From the IMG/VR virus record IMGVR_UViG_3300044613_003178: 64,000 nt of DNA; one strand, 5' to 3'. Positions 9,907-18,836 of this stretch are shown here, one piece after another. This DNA is from a virus. Position numbers and translations under genes: made by a program. Every line of letters starts with the position of its first letter. The stretch's first letter is position 1. The notes below the pieces were generated by a model, which saw only the letters and a program-made list of their open reading frames with translations, ran no database searches and had not been told where the DNA came from.

Positions 9907-10839
9907 TTAATATGCAACGATAACACAATAACCATTACCACCACTACCACCATTACCTGTAGTTAAAGTATTTCTAGCGCCACCTCCACCACCACCGCCG
10001 CCTCCTCTATAACCATTTCCACCATTTCCTGCTGAACCAGAAGTGGCACCACCACCACCGCCACCACCTAAACCTGGAGAATATTTGCCCAATATTGTTT
10101 TTCCTATGGCTGAACTTCCTGCAGTATTTGCGGCTCCCTGTGATACTATATTATTTCCTCTGGTATAAAACGGATACAATATTCCAGCAAATAAACCACC
10201 AGCAACTATAGCTCCACCTTGACCAGCACTATTTCCAGTAGTAACACCACCTCCTCCAGCACCACCATTATCTCTGTAAGAATAAATTGTTTTGGAGGAA
10301 CCTGTTGATGTACCACCTGCTGCACCAACTCCGAAAGCATCACCAGTTTGAGATGTAAACATTCCAAACCATAAAGCATTTTTACCAGTTGCTGCGGCTC
10401 CTGCACTATTTGTTCCGCCGCTTCCAGCATTTCCACCCGATGCTGCTATAAAATATCCTTTAGATCCAGATATTGCTAATGTAGTTGAACCTCCTCCGGT
10501 TCCTGCTGAACCGTTTCCACTGTCTGAACTTGAACCATTTCCACCTGCTCCACCAGAACCTATAACAATTTGAAGTGTTGTATTTGGTCCTCCTAAAGAT
10601 TCAACAGGGTATTCCATTAGAACCATTGTTCCACCGCCTCCACCACCGCCACCAAAGGCATTGGTATTTGTTGTACTTCTTCTGCCTCCGCCACCGCCGC
10701 CTCCACCACCAACAGCAAGAATAAAAATTCTTTTAGCACCGGGTGGTATTAGAAATGTACCACTTGTATCAAACTCATTGATACTGAATACATTGTTTAC
10801 ATCTAATTGATTTGGGAATCCAAAAAAGTCTGAACTCAT
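9907..10839 (-). CDS. Glycine-rich putative adhesin/fibre-tip protein, paralog 2
   Basis: DFFGFP...EFDTSGTFLIPP...YSPGLGGGGGGG...GNGYRGGGG...GNGYCVI. Confidence 0.8.
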   Translation of the reverse strand: MSSDFFGFPNQLDVNNVFSINEFDTSGTFLIPPGAKRIFILAVGGGGGGGGGRRSTTNTNAFGGGGGGGGTMVLMEYPVESLGGPNTTLQIVIGSGGAGGNGSSSDSGNGSAGTGGGSTTLAISGSKGYFIAASGGNAGSGGTNSAGAAATGKNALWFGMFTSQTGDAFGVGAAGGTSTGSSKTIYSYRDNGGAGGGGVTTGNSAGQGGAIVAGGLFAGILYPFYTRGNNIVSQGAANTAGSSAIGKTILGKYSPGLGGGGGGGATSGSAGNGGNGYRGGGGGGGGGARNTLTTGNGGSGGNGYCVIVAY

Positions 10840-10843
10840 ATAA

Positions 10844-11827
10844 TCACCCGTATGCTGCTATTACTACATAACCATTTCCACCATCCCCACCATTACCAGT
10901 AGTTATACCATTTCTAGCACCACCTCCGCCTCCTCCACCGCCTCCTCTATAACCATTTCCACCATTATTTGCACTAGTGCTTGCTCCTCCTCCACCACCA
11001 GCACCACCAAGTCCACCACTATATGTACCTAAAACACTAGTTAAATAAGAATTTCTAGGTGGAGTTGCAGTATTTGCAGTACCACCAGCAATTATAGTAG
11101 CATTTCTAACATAATCAGGATTTAATATTGCCTGACCACCTGTTGATGATGCATTTATTGATCCTCCTGTTCCTGCAGTATTTGATGTATTTACGCCTCC
11201 ACCACCTGCGCCTCCATTTGTATGTGGTCCTTGAACTGTAACACTACTACCAGTGCCTGAATTCCCGGCCACGCCTGCGCCATGAGTTCCAGGACTGAAT
11301 AAACCAAATACCGGATATTGTGTTGCAGATCCTGCAGTTCCAGCACTATTTGTTCCACCAGAACCGGCTGATGTTGATGCAGGATGTATACAGTATATAA
11401 GATATCCTTGAGCATTATTTACTGTAACAAATGTTGCACCACCTATACTGCCAGCACTACCATTACCATCATTAGAAGTTGCGCCCAAACCACCAGTGCC
11501 TCCTGCACCTATTCCAATTGTTAACGATAAGTTATTTTTACTTTCCAAATTAAATGGATATGATGATGTACCTTCTCCATATAATTGATCTACTGTAAAT
11601 CTATAAAAATTTGTTATGCCTCCTGCTCCACCGCCGCCACCAAAAACAGCCGTACCTGCTGCTCGTCTTCCACCCCCACCACCGCCTGCCCCTGCACCAA
11701 TAACCATTATTGATATCTGTTTTGCCATAGGGGGTATGACATAAACACCACTCACATCAAATTCCTTTATTTCTAATAAATTGGAAATTCCTATAGCACT
11801 AGGAAATCCAAAAAAACCATTGTTCAC
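10844..11827 (-). CDS. Glycine-rich putative adhesin/fibre-tip protein, paralog 1
   Basis: GFFGFP...EFDVSGVYVIPP...GNGYRGGGG...GNGYVVI. Confidence 0.8.
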   Translation of the reverse strand: MNNGFFGFPSAIGISNLLEIKEFDVSGVYVIPPMAKQISIMVIGAGAGGGGGGRRAAGTAVFGGGGGAGGITNFYRFTVDQLYGEGTSSYPFNLESKNNLSLTIGIGAGGTGGLGATSNDGNGSAGSIGGATFVTVNNAQGYLIYCIHPASTSAGSGGTNSAGTAGSATQYPVFGLFSPGTHGAGVAGNSGTGSSVTVQGPHTNGGAGGGGVNTSNTAGTGGSINASSTGGQAILNPDYVRNATIIAGGTANTATPPRNSYLTSVLGTYSGGLGGAGGGGGASTSANNGGNGYRGGGGGGGGGARNGITTGNGGDGGNGYVVIAAYG

Positions 11828-12207
11828 AGTAGACCACTCTCCACTACAGTATTGATTGTAACATTTAATCCATTAACAATTTCTAAAGATGTTGTGTTTC
11901 CACCAGGAAGAACCATACCAGTTGCTTCTGGAAATTCAATTCTTAATGCTCCTGCGGTAGTACTAACTGTATTTGCTGCTACTGCTCTTTCTGCAATTAT
12001 GTAATTAGTTCCACTTACATCCAGTTGAAGAGTTAATTTTCCTGCAGTGTTTGTTGTTGGAACTGTTGCTGCTATTCTAATAATTCTTTTACCAACACCA
12101 TTTGCTGCTGAAGTAGATAATGCTGCTGCTACTGTTCCAGTTCCTGCTGATGATATTGATGCACCTTCAATTATTGGTTGTGCTGTATATTGTGCTGTTG
12201 TTGCCAT
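11824..12207 (-). CDS. Small beta-rich virion protein, putative fibre-tip connector
   Basis: 127 aa, Ala/Thr/Gly rich; AAGGAG SD; lies between the fibre and the Gly-rich trio. Confidence 0.65.
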   Translation of the reverse strand: MATTAQYTAQPIIEGASISSAGTGTVAAALSTSAANGVGKRIIRIAATVPTTNTAGKLTLQLDVSGTNYIIAERAVAANTVSTTAGALRIEFPEATGMVLPGGNTTSLEIVNGLNVTINTVVESGLL

Positions 12208-12217
12208 TACTATCTCC

Positions 12218-14341
12218 TTAAATTATACCCAATGAGAATAACATAAAATCTGGTGTACCACTTGGTGCTGTTTCCCATGTACATGTACCATTAGAATCAG
12301 AACATGTCAAGACTTTTCCTGATGCTGGTGTACTTGTATTTATCTGCAATGTTGTTGCTGCCACCACCATTGTACTCAAAGTATCAGTTATTTTTATACT
12401 TGTTGCATTATTCGTTCCATCATCACCAAAAATAATGTAAGGATCTGTCGCATCATCAATACAGTAAAGAACACCAACAGTAGATCCCCATAAACTTGGA
12501 GTTGTTGTTAATGAAAGTGGAGTTGTGCCGCCAGAAAAAGTAACTGATCCTGCTCCAGATGTTAAGACTATTTGTGAATCTGTACCTGTTGTACTTATTA
12601 AGTTTATATAAGCCTGTCCAAGAGATCCTGGAGGATTATCAGTAACATCGGTATAAACACCAATTGCTGCTGAAGAATTGAATGCAGTTTCACTTACTTT
12701 AAATTCTTGATTTGACTTTGGTGATGCTCCTGATGCAATATTGATTCTGCTTACATTGGCAGTACTATCAATGTCAAAAACAGTTCCTGTTGTTAATACA
12801 GAGGTTGAAGATGCATATACCAATCCACCAGATGTAAATGAGGTGAGTCCAGTACCACCATTTGTTGTCGGAATTGTTGATGTCCACGATGGAACACCAG
12901 CAGAAGTCATTTGCAGGAATGATGTTAATGATGCTGGTTTTGCTAATTTACTTAATGTATTGGTTGCAGATGCATATAGTAAATCACCAGTTGCATATGT
13001 TGTTTGATTTGTTCCACCTCTGGTTTCACCTATTGCAGTAGCGTTCCATGTACCAGTTGCTATTGTACCGAGTGTGGTTATTGATGTTTGACCAACATAA
13101 GTACTCTTTATGGAGAATTGTGAACCACTTAATGTGAGTGTGGTTTCATCTGCACTAAAAACACCTGCACCAGAGAATTGTTGCCAAATAATTGAATCAG
13201 TATCAAGAGTTGTTATTGCTTCAGTTTGAACCCAACCAGTATCTGCATATAATGTACCATTAGTAACGAAACAGAAATCACCACCAAGCCAGTCTGATGC
13301 TGCATCACCGTCGCTTGTTCTTCTTAATTCTCTTGCTGCATAAACATAGTATGTGCCGTTTTTACTTGCACCAAGACCACCGACACCACCTTCATTTTTC
13401 ACCAAGATTCTATCTGCTGATGCTTCTGTCGTATTTGCAGTTAATGTCGTGCCATCATTGAAGGAAGCACCATTTGCTGCATTTCCACCAGTCCATGTGA
13501 TTGCTCCACCTGCATAAGAAACAGTTGTACCTGTCAAAGTTGCTAATGTTGCAGTAGTTGCAGTTTTTGCTGTTGCATGGATGTGTAATCCTTGGGCAAC
13601 AGTATCAACATATGCTCTTGTTGCAATTGTAGATGTATCAACAGAAACGGATACTGCGGAGGATCCATTAAAACTGGAAGCAGCGGTTAATCCTGTACTG
13701 AATGAAAGTGAATTTGTTGTATTTGCAGTAATAGTTGCAGAACCACCGAGGGATATTGATGAACCATTTACTGTGATTGAGGAATTTGCTAATTTAGTAT
13801 TGTCGATAGCAGCAGATGAACTTATATCAGCATTTACTATAGAATTACTCAATGATAATTTACTATAAGCAATAGAACCTGCTAGATCTGCATTTAAGAT
13901 TGCACCAGTTAAATTCAATTTACTATAAGCAATAGAACCTGCTAGATCTGCATTTAAGATTGCACCAGTTAAATTCAATTTACTATAAGCAATAGAACCA
14001 GCCAACATTGTGTTGGTAACTGTTCCTGTATCAGTAGTATAAACACCATTTGTTACTGTACTAGCATTACCGGTTAGAGCACCAACAAAAGATGTTGATG
14101 TTACTGAGGTTAATCCTGCCACAGTGGTTATTGTTGTACCAGATGTGAGTGTAGTTGAACCGAGAGTTGGTGCTGTGTAGCCACCGCCAACAGCATTTCC
14201 ATCTACAATTAAAGTTGGTGTTGCTGAACTATTACCAATATAGATTTTTTTGTCTGTAATATTAATAGCAACTTCACCATATTCCAATGATGCTGGTGTT
14301 GTTGCTGCTGTTTCTGATCTTTTTAGTTTAATTACTGCCAT
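12218..14341 (-). CDS. Tail fibre protein with Mtd-like N-terminal domain
   Basis: MAVIKLKRS...LEYGEVAINITDKKIYIG; LAGSI..KL repeats; ATRAYVD.VAQGL; G.FCFV..G...ADTGWVQ; QFSGAG; GGTG repeats. Confidence 0.85.
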   Translation of the reverse strand: MAVIKLKRSETAATTPASLEYGEVAINITDKKIYIGNSSATPTLIVDGNAVGGGYTAPTLGSTTLTSGTTITTVAGLTSVTSTSFVGALTGNASTVTNGVYTTDTGTVTNTMLAGSIAYSKLNLTGAILNADLAGSIAYSKLNLTGAILNADLAGSIAYSKLSLSNSIVNADISSSAAIDNTKLANSSITVNGSSISLGGSATITANTTNSLSFSTGLTAASSFNGSSAVSVSVDTSTIATRAYVDTVAQGLHIHATAKTATTATLATLTGTTVSYAGGAITWTGGNAANGASFNDGTTLTANTTEASADRILVKNEGGVGGLGASKNGTYYVYAARELRRTSDGDAASDWLGGDFCFVTNGTLYADTGWVQTEAITTLDTDSIIWQQFSGAGVFSADETTLTLSGSQFSIKSTYVGQTSITTLGTIATGTWNATAIGETRGGTNQTTYATGDLLYASATNTLSKLAKPASLTSFLQMTSAGVPSWTSTIPTTNGGTGLTSFTSGGLVYASSTSVLTTGTVFDIDSTANVSRINIASGASPKSNQEFKVSETAFNSSAAIGVYTDVTDNPPGSLGQAYINLISTTGTDSQIVLTSGAGSVTFSGGTTPLSLTTTPSLWGSTVGVLYCIDDATDPYIIFGDDGTNNATSIKITDTLSTMVVAATTLQINTSTPASGKVLTCSDSNGTCTWETAPSGTPDFMLFSLGII
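13857..13999. repeat. Perfect 60-bp tandem repeat, ~2.4 copies, in frame within the fibre gene
   Basis: 13861-13920 and 13921-13980 are identical, followed by a partial copy; encodes LAGSIAYSKLNLTGAILNAD. Confidence 0.97.
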
Positions 14342-14724
14342 TAGAATGTTCCACCATCTAGATCTATTGTAGTTTCACTTATTGGTACAAAACTTCCATC
14401 TGTTGTTTGATTGCCGGTTCCAATCCATACTTTATTATCTACTGTATTTATGATGAGTGTTCCTGCATTGTATAAAACACTTACATCTGGAGTTTCACCT
14501 GAATTTTCCAAAATAATAACATTACTTAATTCAAATGGTGTTTTATTTAATCCAACACCCAACCAAAATCTTTTTGATGCATTGTTTATTACGATTTCTC
14601 CCATAGGGATACCGTATAAATTTTGAGATACAGTAGTTTCATCCAGTATTGGCGTTTCGTTTTCACCACCATCTAGATAAAACGCAGCAACTGCAGGATT
14701 GGATCTTACCGTTCTTTTTGGCAT
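14341..14724 (-). CDS. Fibre-associated protein with two Mtd_N-like motifs
   Basis: GEIVINNASKRFWLG and GTLIINTVDNKVWIG resemble the fibre N-terminus GEVAINITDKKIYIG; ends DLDGGTF. Confidence 0.7.
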   Translation of the reverse strand: MPKRTVRSNPAVAAFYLDGGENETPILDETTVSQNLYGIPMGEIVINNASKRFWLGVGLNKTPFELSNVIILENSGETPDVSVLYNAGTLIINTVDNKVWIGTGNQTTDGSFVPISETTIDLDGGTF

Positions 14725-14725
14725 T

Positions 14726-14836
14726 TTACTTTACAATCACTGTTGTATTTTTTACTTTAATAATTTTTATCTTATTTGCATTATAATCTGGTTGTATCTT
14801 ATTTGCCTCTTTAGATGTAACTTTTATTTGTTTCAT
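14726..14836 (-). CDS. Tiny basic beta-rich peptide (36 aa)
   Basis: Below the track cut-off. MKQIKVTSKEANKIQPDYNANKIKIIKVKNTTVIVK; ATGA overlap with the upstream ORF and ends 1 nt before the next ATG. Confidence 0.65.
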   Translation of the reverse strand: MKQIKVTSKEANKIQPDYNANKIKIIKVKNTTVIVK

Positions 14837-15237
14837 TTTACTTTAGATTCAACAGTGAATCTTCCTTTACAAAGAGGTGTAACAACATTTGAATTTTTTA
14901 ATCTTAAGTAATGAAAATAAGTTCCAGGTGTTAATTGTGACATCGTATCTGCATTTATTGTCAATTTAAACGAACCAACTGTTGATCCTGTTTTTGTAAT
15001 TGTACCAAAGAAAGAATTTGTATCAGGATATTCTAAAGTTCCTTCTGTTTGATTTCCACTAGAATCAATCATGAATAAAAAGGTCGAAGTCTTTGTAGAT
15101 GTTTTTTTCAACAAGAATTCAATAACATATGATGAAGAAGTAATATTTACTGCTGCTTCATTTTCATCTAGATAATCAAATTGCAATTCTAGAGTTGCGC
15201 CTTCTTCTGCTAAGATGTCGTATGTTCCGCCTATCAT
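14833..15237 (-). CDS. Putative fibre adaptor/anchor protein (BppU-N-like beta sandwich)
   Basis: YDILAEEGATLEL...LTINADTM..L.PG.Y...GRFTV; paralog of 33414..33941. Confidence 0.7.
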   Translation of the reverse strand: MIGGTYDILAEEGATLELQFDYLDENEAAVNITSSSYVIEFLLKKTSTKTSTFLFMIDSSGNQTEGTLEYPDTNSFFGTITKTGSTVGSFKLTINADTMSQLTPGTYFHYLRLKNSNVVTPLCKGRFTVESKVK

Positions 15238-15641
15238 CGTTTTTTACCTATGTGGTACTTTGGGCAAAGTTCCCACTCTCCCTTTTCTTTATGTGGTATG
15301 ATTTTTATCTGATTGATTGGGGTTAGAATACTATTCATTTTATCCTTATCTACTACTGCTACTAATCCCCATTCCTCTAACAATTTAGCAACCATATTTC
15401 TTCTACCAAGATCGGATTCATTTATATCTGAAGGTAATCCATCTAAAGAAAATAATTCTTTAAAATGTACTATGTAATATTTACCTCTTTTATGTAAAAT
15501 ATGACAAGACTGATATAGTTTTTTATCTTTTTTAGAAGATACCCCTATTCTAGTCAGAGTTTCTTTAACTTTTAGGAAATCATCCTCGTTTTTTAGGGTT
15601 ACTTCTAATAATGAACCCACATCAAATGAGTCGTTTTGCAT
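15234..15641 (-). CDS. regA: Translational repressor RegA
   Basis: EVTLKNEDDFLKVKETLTRIGVSS..KLYQSCHILHKRGKYYIVHFKELF.LDG; likely start ATG 15641 (track start 15677). Confidence 0.97.
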   Translation of the reverse strand: MQNDSFDVGSLLEVTLKNEDDFLKVKETLTRIGVSSKKDKKLYQSCHILHKRGKYYIVHFKELFSLDGLPSDINESDLGRRNMVAKLLEEWGLVAVVDKDKMNSILTPINQIKIIPHKEKGEWELCPKYHIGKKR

Positions 15642-15680
15642 AATTATTCTTTCTACAAAAAATGACAATAATATCATTTA

Positions 15681-15688
15681 TATGTATA
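15681..15688 (-). promoter_or_regulatory. Candidate late promoter TATACATA upstream of regA and the fibre cassette
   Basis: Same TTTTTATACATA context as upstream of gp18; one mismatch to T4 TATAAATA. Confidence 0.55.
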
Positions 15689-15699
15689 AAAAATAATCA

Positions 15700-16074
15700 T
15701 TAGTCCTGTACGGACATGGTATCCCTTATTTTTTGAATTTGGGTCTTGTTGAGGAGATTCTTATACTCGGTTGCTCTTTTATTTGAAATATTATAGTAAG
15801 CCATAATATATTCAATATCTTTATCTTCAGTCTTTTTGAGCCACTTGGAGAATCTTTTCCGGGGACGAATCTGAAGTCTCAAATAATCATATTGCATCTT
15901 CTTTGGCAAATGAAATCTAACATTCATTTCATTTGCATGAAAAAGAGTATCATTAAAATATGATAAACTTTTATTTACAATAAATGGAAGATATTCCTTA
16001 TCTGTCATATCTCCAGATTCGTATAAATCTTTTTTAGTTAAATTGATTGAATTAATTATATCCCAGATATTCAT
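15700..16074 (-). CDS. gp62: Clamp loader small subunit (gp62-like)
   Basis: Y.PFIVNKSLSYF.DT...ANEMN...MQYDY...IRPRKRFSKW; follows gp44. Confidence 0.93.
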   Translation of the reverse strand: MNIWDIINSINLTKKDLYESGDMTDKEYLPFIVNKSLSYFNDTLFHANEMNVRFHLPKKMQYDYLRLQIRPRKRFSKWLKKTEDKDIEYIMAYYNISNKRATEYKNLLNKTQIQKIRDTMSVQD

Positions 16075-17027
16075 TTTTCAAACTCACATTCCATTGCAAG
16101 TTGAACAATACAAGCAACAAGATTGATTTCTTGATCTGCTACGAATGCTGACTTGTACTGATAATCTGCAATGATGAGAATTGCAGTTGCAATGGATGCT
16201 GGTGATAGTTTCTTGGATAGAATGTCGTACAACTTACGGAATATCATTGACTGATCATTATCAAGATTGGAGAATACCCAAGAACGAATATTGGTAATAT
16301 TCTTAGTCTTCATATGACCAATAAGATCCTCAATATCGATATCACCTGCTTCTGCAAGGATACCGGAATCAATATCTCCACTTGTCGAATATCTCTGGAG
16401 TTCATTGATGAGTCTACGGAAGTCTGGACTATACTTTACTACCAGTTTTGCAAGAACCTTATCATCATACTTGACCTTTTCATTTTCAAGAATGAATTTA
16501 GTCCTATCAAAGAACTGTGAGGATAGTTCCTTCTTTTCTTTACCATCATACCGGAAATCAAGACATGTACACCTTGAATGGAGGGGTTCAATCACCTTGT
16601 TCTTGAAATTGCAAGTAAGAACAAAGCGACAACTTTTTGCAAACTCCTCCATAAATCCACGAAGAGCAGGCTGCATACTGGATGGATTTGCATAATCAAA
16701 CTCATCTAGGATTACAACCTTACCATTACCGGAAAGAGATACACTACTGGCAAAGTTTCGAATCTTTACCCGTAGTGTATCAATATTACCGTCTTCTGAG
16801 CAGTTGACTATAATGTAGTCAAGATTCATCTCCATACAGAGTGCTTTGGCTACACTTGTCTTACCACATCCTGCACCACCAGAAAGAAGCATGTTTGGCA
16901 TGTCCTTCCATTCTCCCTTAACAACCTCAGAGAAAAAACTCTTTAGACGGTTGGGGAGAATACAATCTGCCACTTTCTGTGGTCGATACTTTTCGACCCA
17001 GATAAACATGTCATCATTTGTCTGCAT
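16071..17027 (-). CDS. gp44: Clamp loader large subunit (gp44-like AAA+)
   Basis: WVEKYRP, GGAGCGKT, ILDEFD, PLHSRC, PDFRRLINELQ; ATG 17027 has an AAGGA SD. Confidence 0.96.
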   Translation of the reverse strand: MQTNDDMFIWVEKYRPQKVADCILPNRLKSFFSEVVKGEWKDMPNMLLSGGAGCGKTSVAKALCMEMNLDYIIVNCSEDGNIDTLRVKIRNFASSVSLSGNGKVVILDEFDYANPSSMQPALRGFMEEFAKSCRFVLTCNFKNKVIEPLHSRCTCLDFRYDGKEKKELSSQFFDRTKFILENEKVKYDDKVLAKLVVKYSPDFRRLINELQRYSTSGDIDSGILAEAGDIDIEDLIGHMKTKNITNIRSWVFSNLDNDQSMIFRKLYDILSKKLSPASIATAILIIADYQYKSAFVADQEINLVACIVQLAMECEFEK

Positions 17028-17029
17028 AC

Positions 17030-17731
17030 TCAATCCTTAAATGTTGAATCGGCTTGTAGTGCAATCCAGTACGATAGATCCATTTCCTTATGGCTGAACT
17101 TGCTAACAATCTGCTTGCAGAGTTCTACTTCATAATCGCCGGGGAACAACTTTAGATCCTCGGTCTTGAAGAACATCTTGAATGATTCTTCACCATTATG
17201 ATCACCAACTGGGAATGAATAGAAGTTTGAACTTGGATCTGACTTGTCAGTTGCAAACATCTCAATCTTACCTTCCTTGCTATCATCGATGTTATAACGA
17301 ACACCGATATCAGGAAGTTGAAGAACTGCTGCTGCCTTTAGAAGTTCAGAGAATGCCTTCTGAGTCAGTTCAAATGAAACTGCTACCTTTGGCATCTGTA
17401 CCTTCTTAGTTGGAACAGTTAGCAACTTTGGTTCACAATAACGATAAACTACAGACGAATTGTTTGAACCACTGATGGTTACAGACTTATCATCAAACTC
17501 AAACTCTGGATCATTGAAGAGAGAAATAGTACCAAGGAACTTGTTCAGATCCCAAATACCAAATTCTACTTCAAAGGTTTCTACAACCTCTACTTCAGAA
17601 AGAATGTTCTTTACTGGAGAAATGGTTGAGAGTGTATTGCCTGGCTTTACTAGCAGGTTTGAGTTAATCGACGCATAGTTCTTTAAGATGTCTAGTGTAC
17701 GCTTGGAAATTTTCATAGTTGTAGATGTCAT
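17030..17731 (-). CDS. gp45: Sliding clamp (gp45-like)
   Basis: MKISKRTLDILKNYASIN, FGIWDLNKFL, LKAAAVLQLPD, LFPGDYEV, YWIAL; AAGGAG SD 6 nt before ATG 17731. Confidence 0.95.
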   Translation of the reverse strand: MTSTTMKISKRTLDILKNYASINSNLLVKPGNTLSTISPVKNILSEVEVVETFEVEFGIWDLNKFLGTISLFNDPEFEFDDKSVTISGSNNSSVVYRYCEPKLLTVPTKKVQMPKVAVSFELTQKAFSELLKAAAVLQLPDIGVRYNIDDSKEGKIEMFATDKSDPSSNFYSFPVGDHNGEESFKMFFKTEDLKLFPGDYEVELCKQIVSKFSHKEMDLSYWIALQADSTFKD

Positions 17732-17745
17732 CACATTCTCCTTTA

Positions 17746-18255
17746 TCACTTAGAGTTGTCTCTAATATACTCTATACCCTTACTAAATTCAATAAATTTC
17801 TTACGAGGATTTTCAGATACGCCCGGAGTAGTTGGAACATAATTTGTAAACCCAGGCATCATTAACGGACAATGTACTTTTGGATACTCTAATTTATAGT
17901 ATGCATCTTGTCCGTTGTCAAGTTTTCTTGGTGAAAGTTGTGTAAGTTCTTTATCTCCACAACCACATGCACCACAAAAATGAGAACCGGGAAATTTTAC
18001 ACTATCTTTTCTATCGGCACATGGTGGTAGTTTTTTATCAGAATCACCATGACAACTTAGTTGTCGTAATTCAATAGTTAATGGTTCTGCTTTATTATTT
18101 TTAATTCCCCTCGAAACCATTGATTCTGTAAAAGTTGCTGCTTTCTTTAAGAATCCCGCTTTTGGTCTTTGTACTTTTTCATCACTTGAAGGGGCTGATT
18201 CTAATTGTTTTTGCTTTTTAATGTTTTCTTCAATTTCTTTGTGTATGTCGGACAT
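17746..18255 (-). CDS. Cys-cluster protein, putative metal binding (DUF6171-like pattern)
   Basis: R..SCHG...PPC...FCGACGCG...K...HCP; start moved to 18255 (GGAGGA SD, just after the upstream stop). Confidence 0.7.
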   Translation of the reverse strand: MSDIHKEIEENIKKQKQLESAPSSDEKVQRPKAGFLKKAATFTESMVSRGIKNNKAEPLTIELRQLSCHGDSDKKLPPCADRKDSVKFPGSHFCGACGCGDKELTQLSPRKLDNGQDAYYKLEYPKVHCPLMMPGFTNYVPTTPGVSENPRKKFIEFSKGIEYIRDNSK

Positions 18256-18256
18256 A

Positions 18257-18421
18257 TCAATCCTCCATTTCATCCATCATATCAAATATTTCATCCTCAT
18301 TCATGTATTTAAAGTCTTCTAAATGCATCTTAGTTTCTCTTCTTTTGTTTTTAGATGCTTTCTTTTCGACTTTCTTTGCTAAACTCTTATCTTTAAATTG
18401 ATCTCTGTAATCTTCAGACAT
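18257..18421 (-). CDS. Small hypothetical protein (54 aa, basic core and acidic tail)
   Basis: Below the track cut-off. MSEDYRDQFKDKSLAKKVEKKASKNKRRETK...EDEIFDMMDEMED; fills the gap exactly. Confidence 0.7.
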   Translation of the reverse strand: MSEDYRDQFKDKSLAKKVEKKASKNKRRETKMHLEDFKYMNEDEIFDMMDEMED

Positions 18422-18424
18422 GGC

Positions 18425-18835
18425 TCAAACAAATTCTCCTACAAATGCTTTTTTAAGAATTTCCAAATTAAAACCAAATGATGAAGTATCCTTCTTTAAA
18501 ATATTTTCAAGAAGTGCTGCTTCAGTCCAATGTAACGACTCTAACAAGATTGCTAATTTTCTTTGTTGCTTAGTATACTGCAATCCTTCATACTTTTCAT
18601 AAAAGTACGGAAGAGATCTAAATTCTCTAAACAGTTTAGCATAACTAAATCCTATAGGAGAATCGTCTGGTGTATAAGTTGGTATATTTTGTATCTTTGA
18701 ATACTTATCCAAAAATGCATATTTCATTAGTTCGACCAATGCTGGTGACTTGTTTTGTTGAAGAAGTTTAATTTTTTCTTCTTCTGTTTTAGCATCTCTA
18801 ACATCATAAATTATTTCAGATATTAACTTTGTCAT
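18425..18835 (-). CDS. Conserved T4-like phage hypothetical protein (DUF6433-like)
   Basis: LISEI...KTEEEKIKLLQQNKS.AL...PTYTP...LLESLH..EA.LL...K pattern seen in T4-like aquatic phages. Confidence 0.75.
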   Translation of the reverse strand: MTKLISEIIYDVRDAKTEEEKIKLLQQNKSPALVELMKYAFLDKYSKIQNIPTYTPDDSPIGFSYAKLFREFRSLPYFYEKYEGLQYTKQQRKLAILLESLHWTEAALLENILKKDTSSFGFNLEILKKAFVGEFV

Positions 18836-18836
18836 T

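Noticed and set aside
8962-11827. Diversity-generating retroelement or invertible shufflon behind the paralog array
   Set aside because: No reverse transcriptase, no TR/VR pair differing only at adenines, no recombinase, and all copies are in the same orientation.
13857-13999. CRISPR-like array
   Set aside because: Contiguous in-frame tandem repeat with no spacers.
16981-16998. Hairpin GGTCGA-N6-TCGACC near the gp44 5' end
   Set aside because: Only 6 bp and it coincides with the conserved WVEKYRP codons; likely chance.
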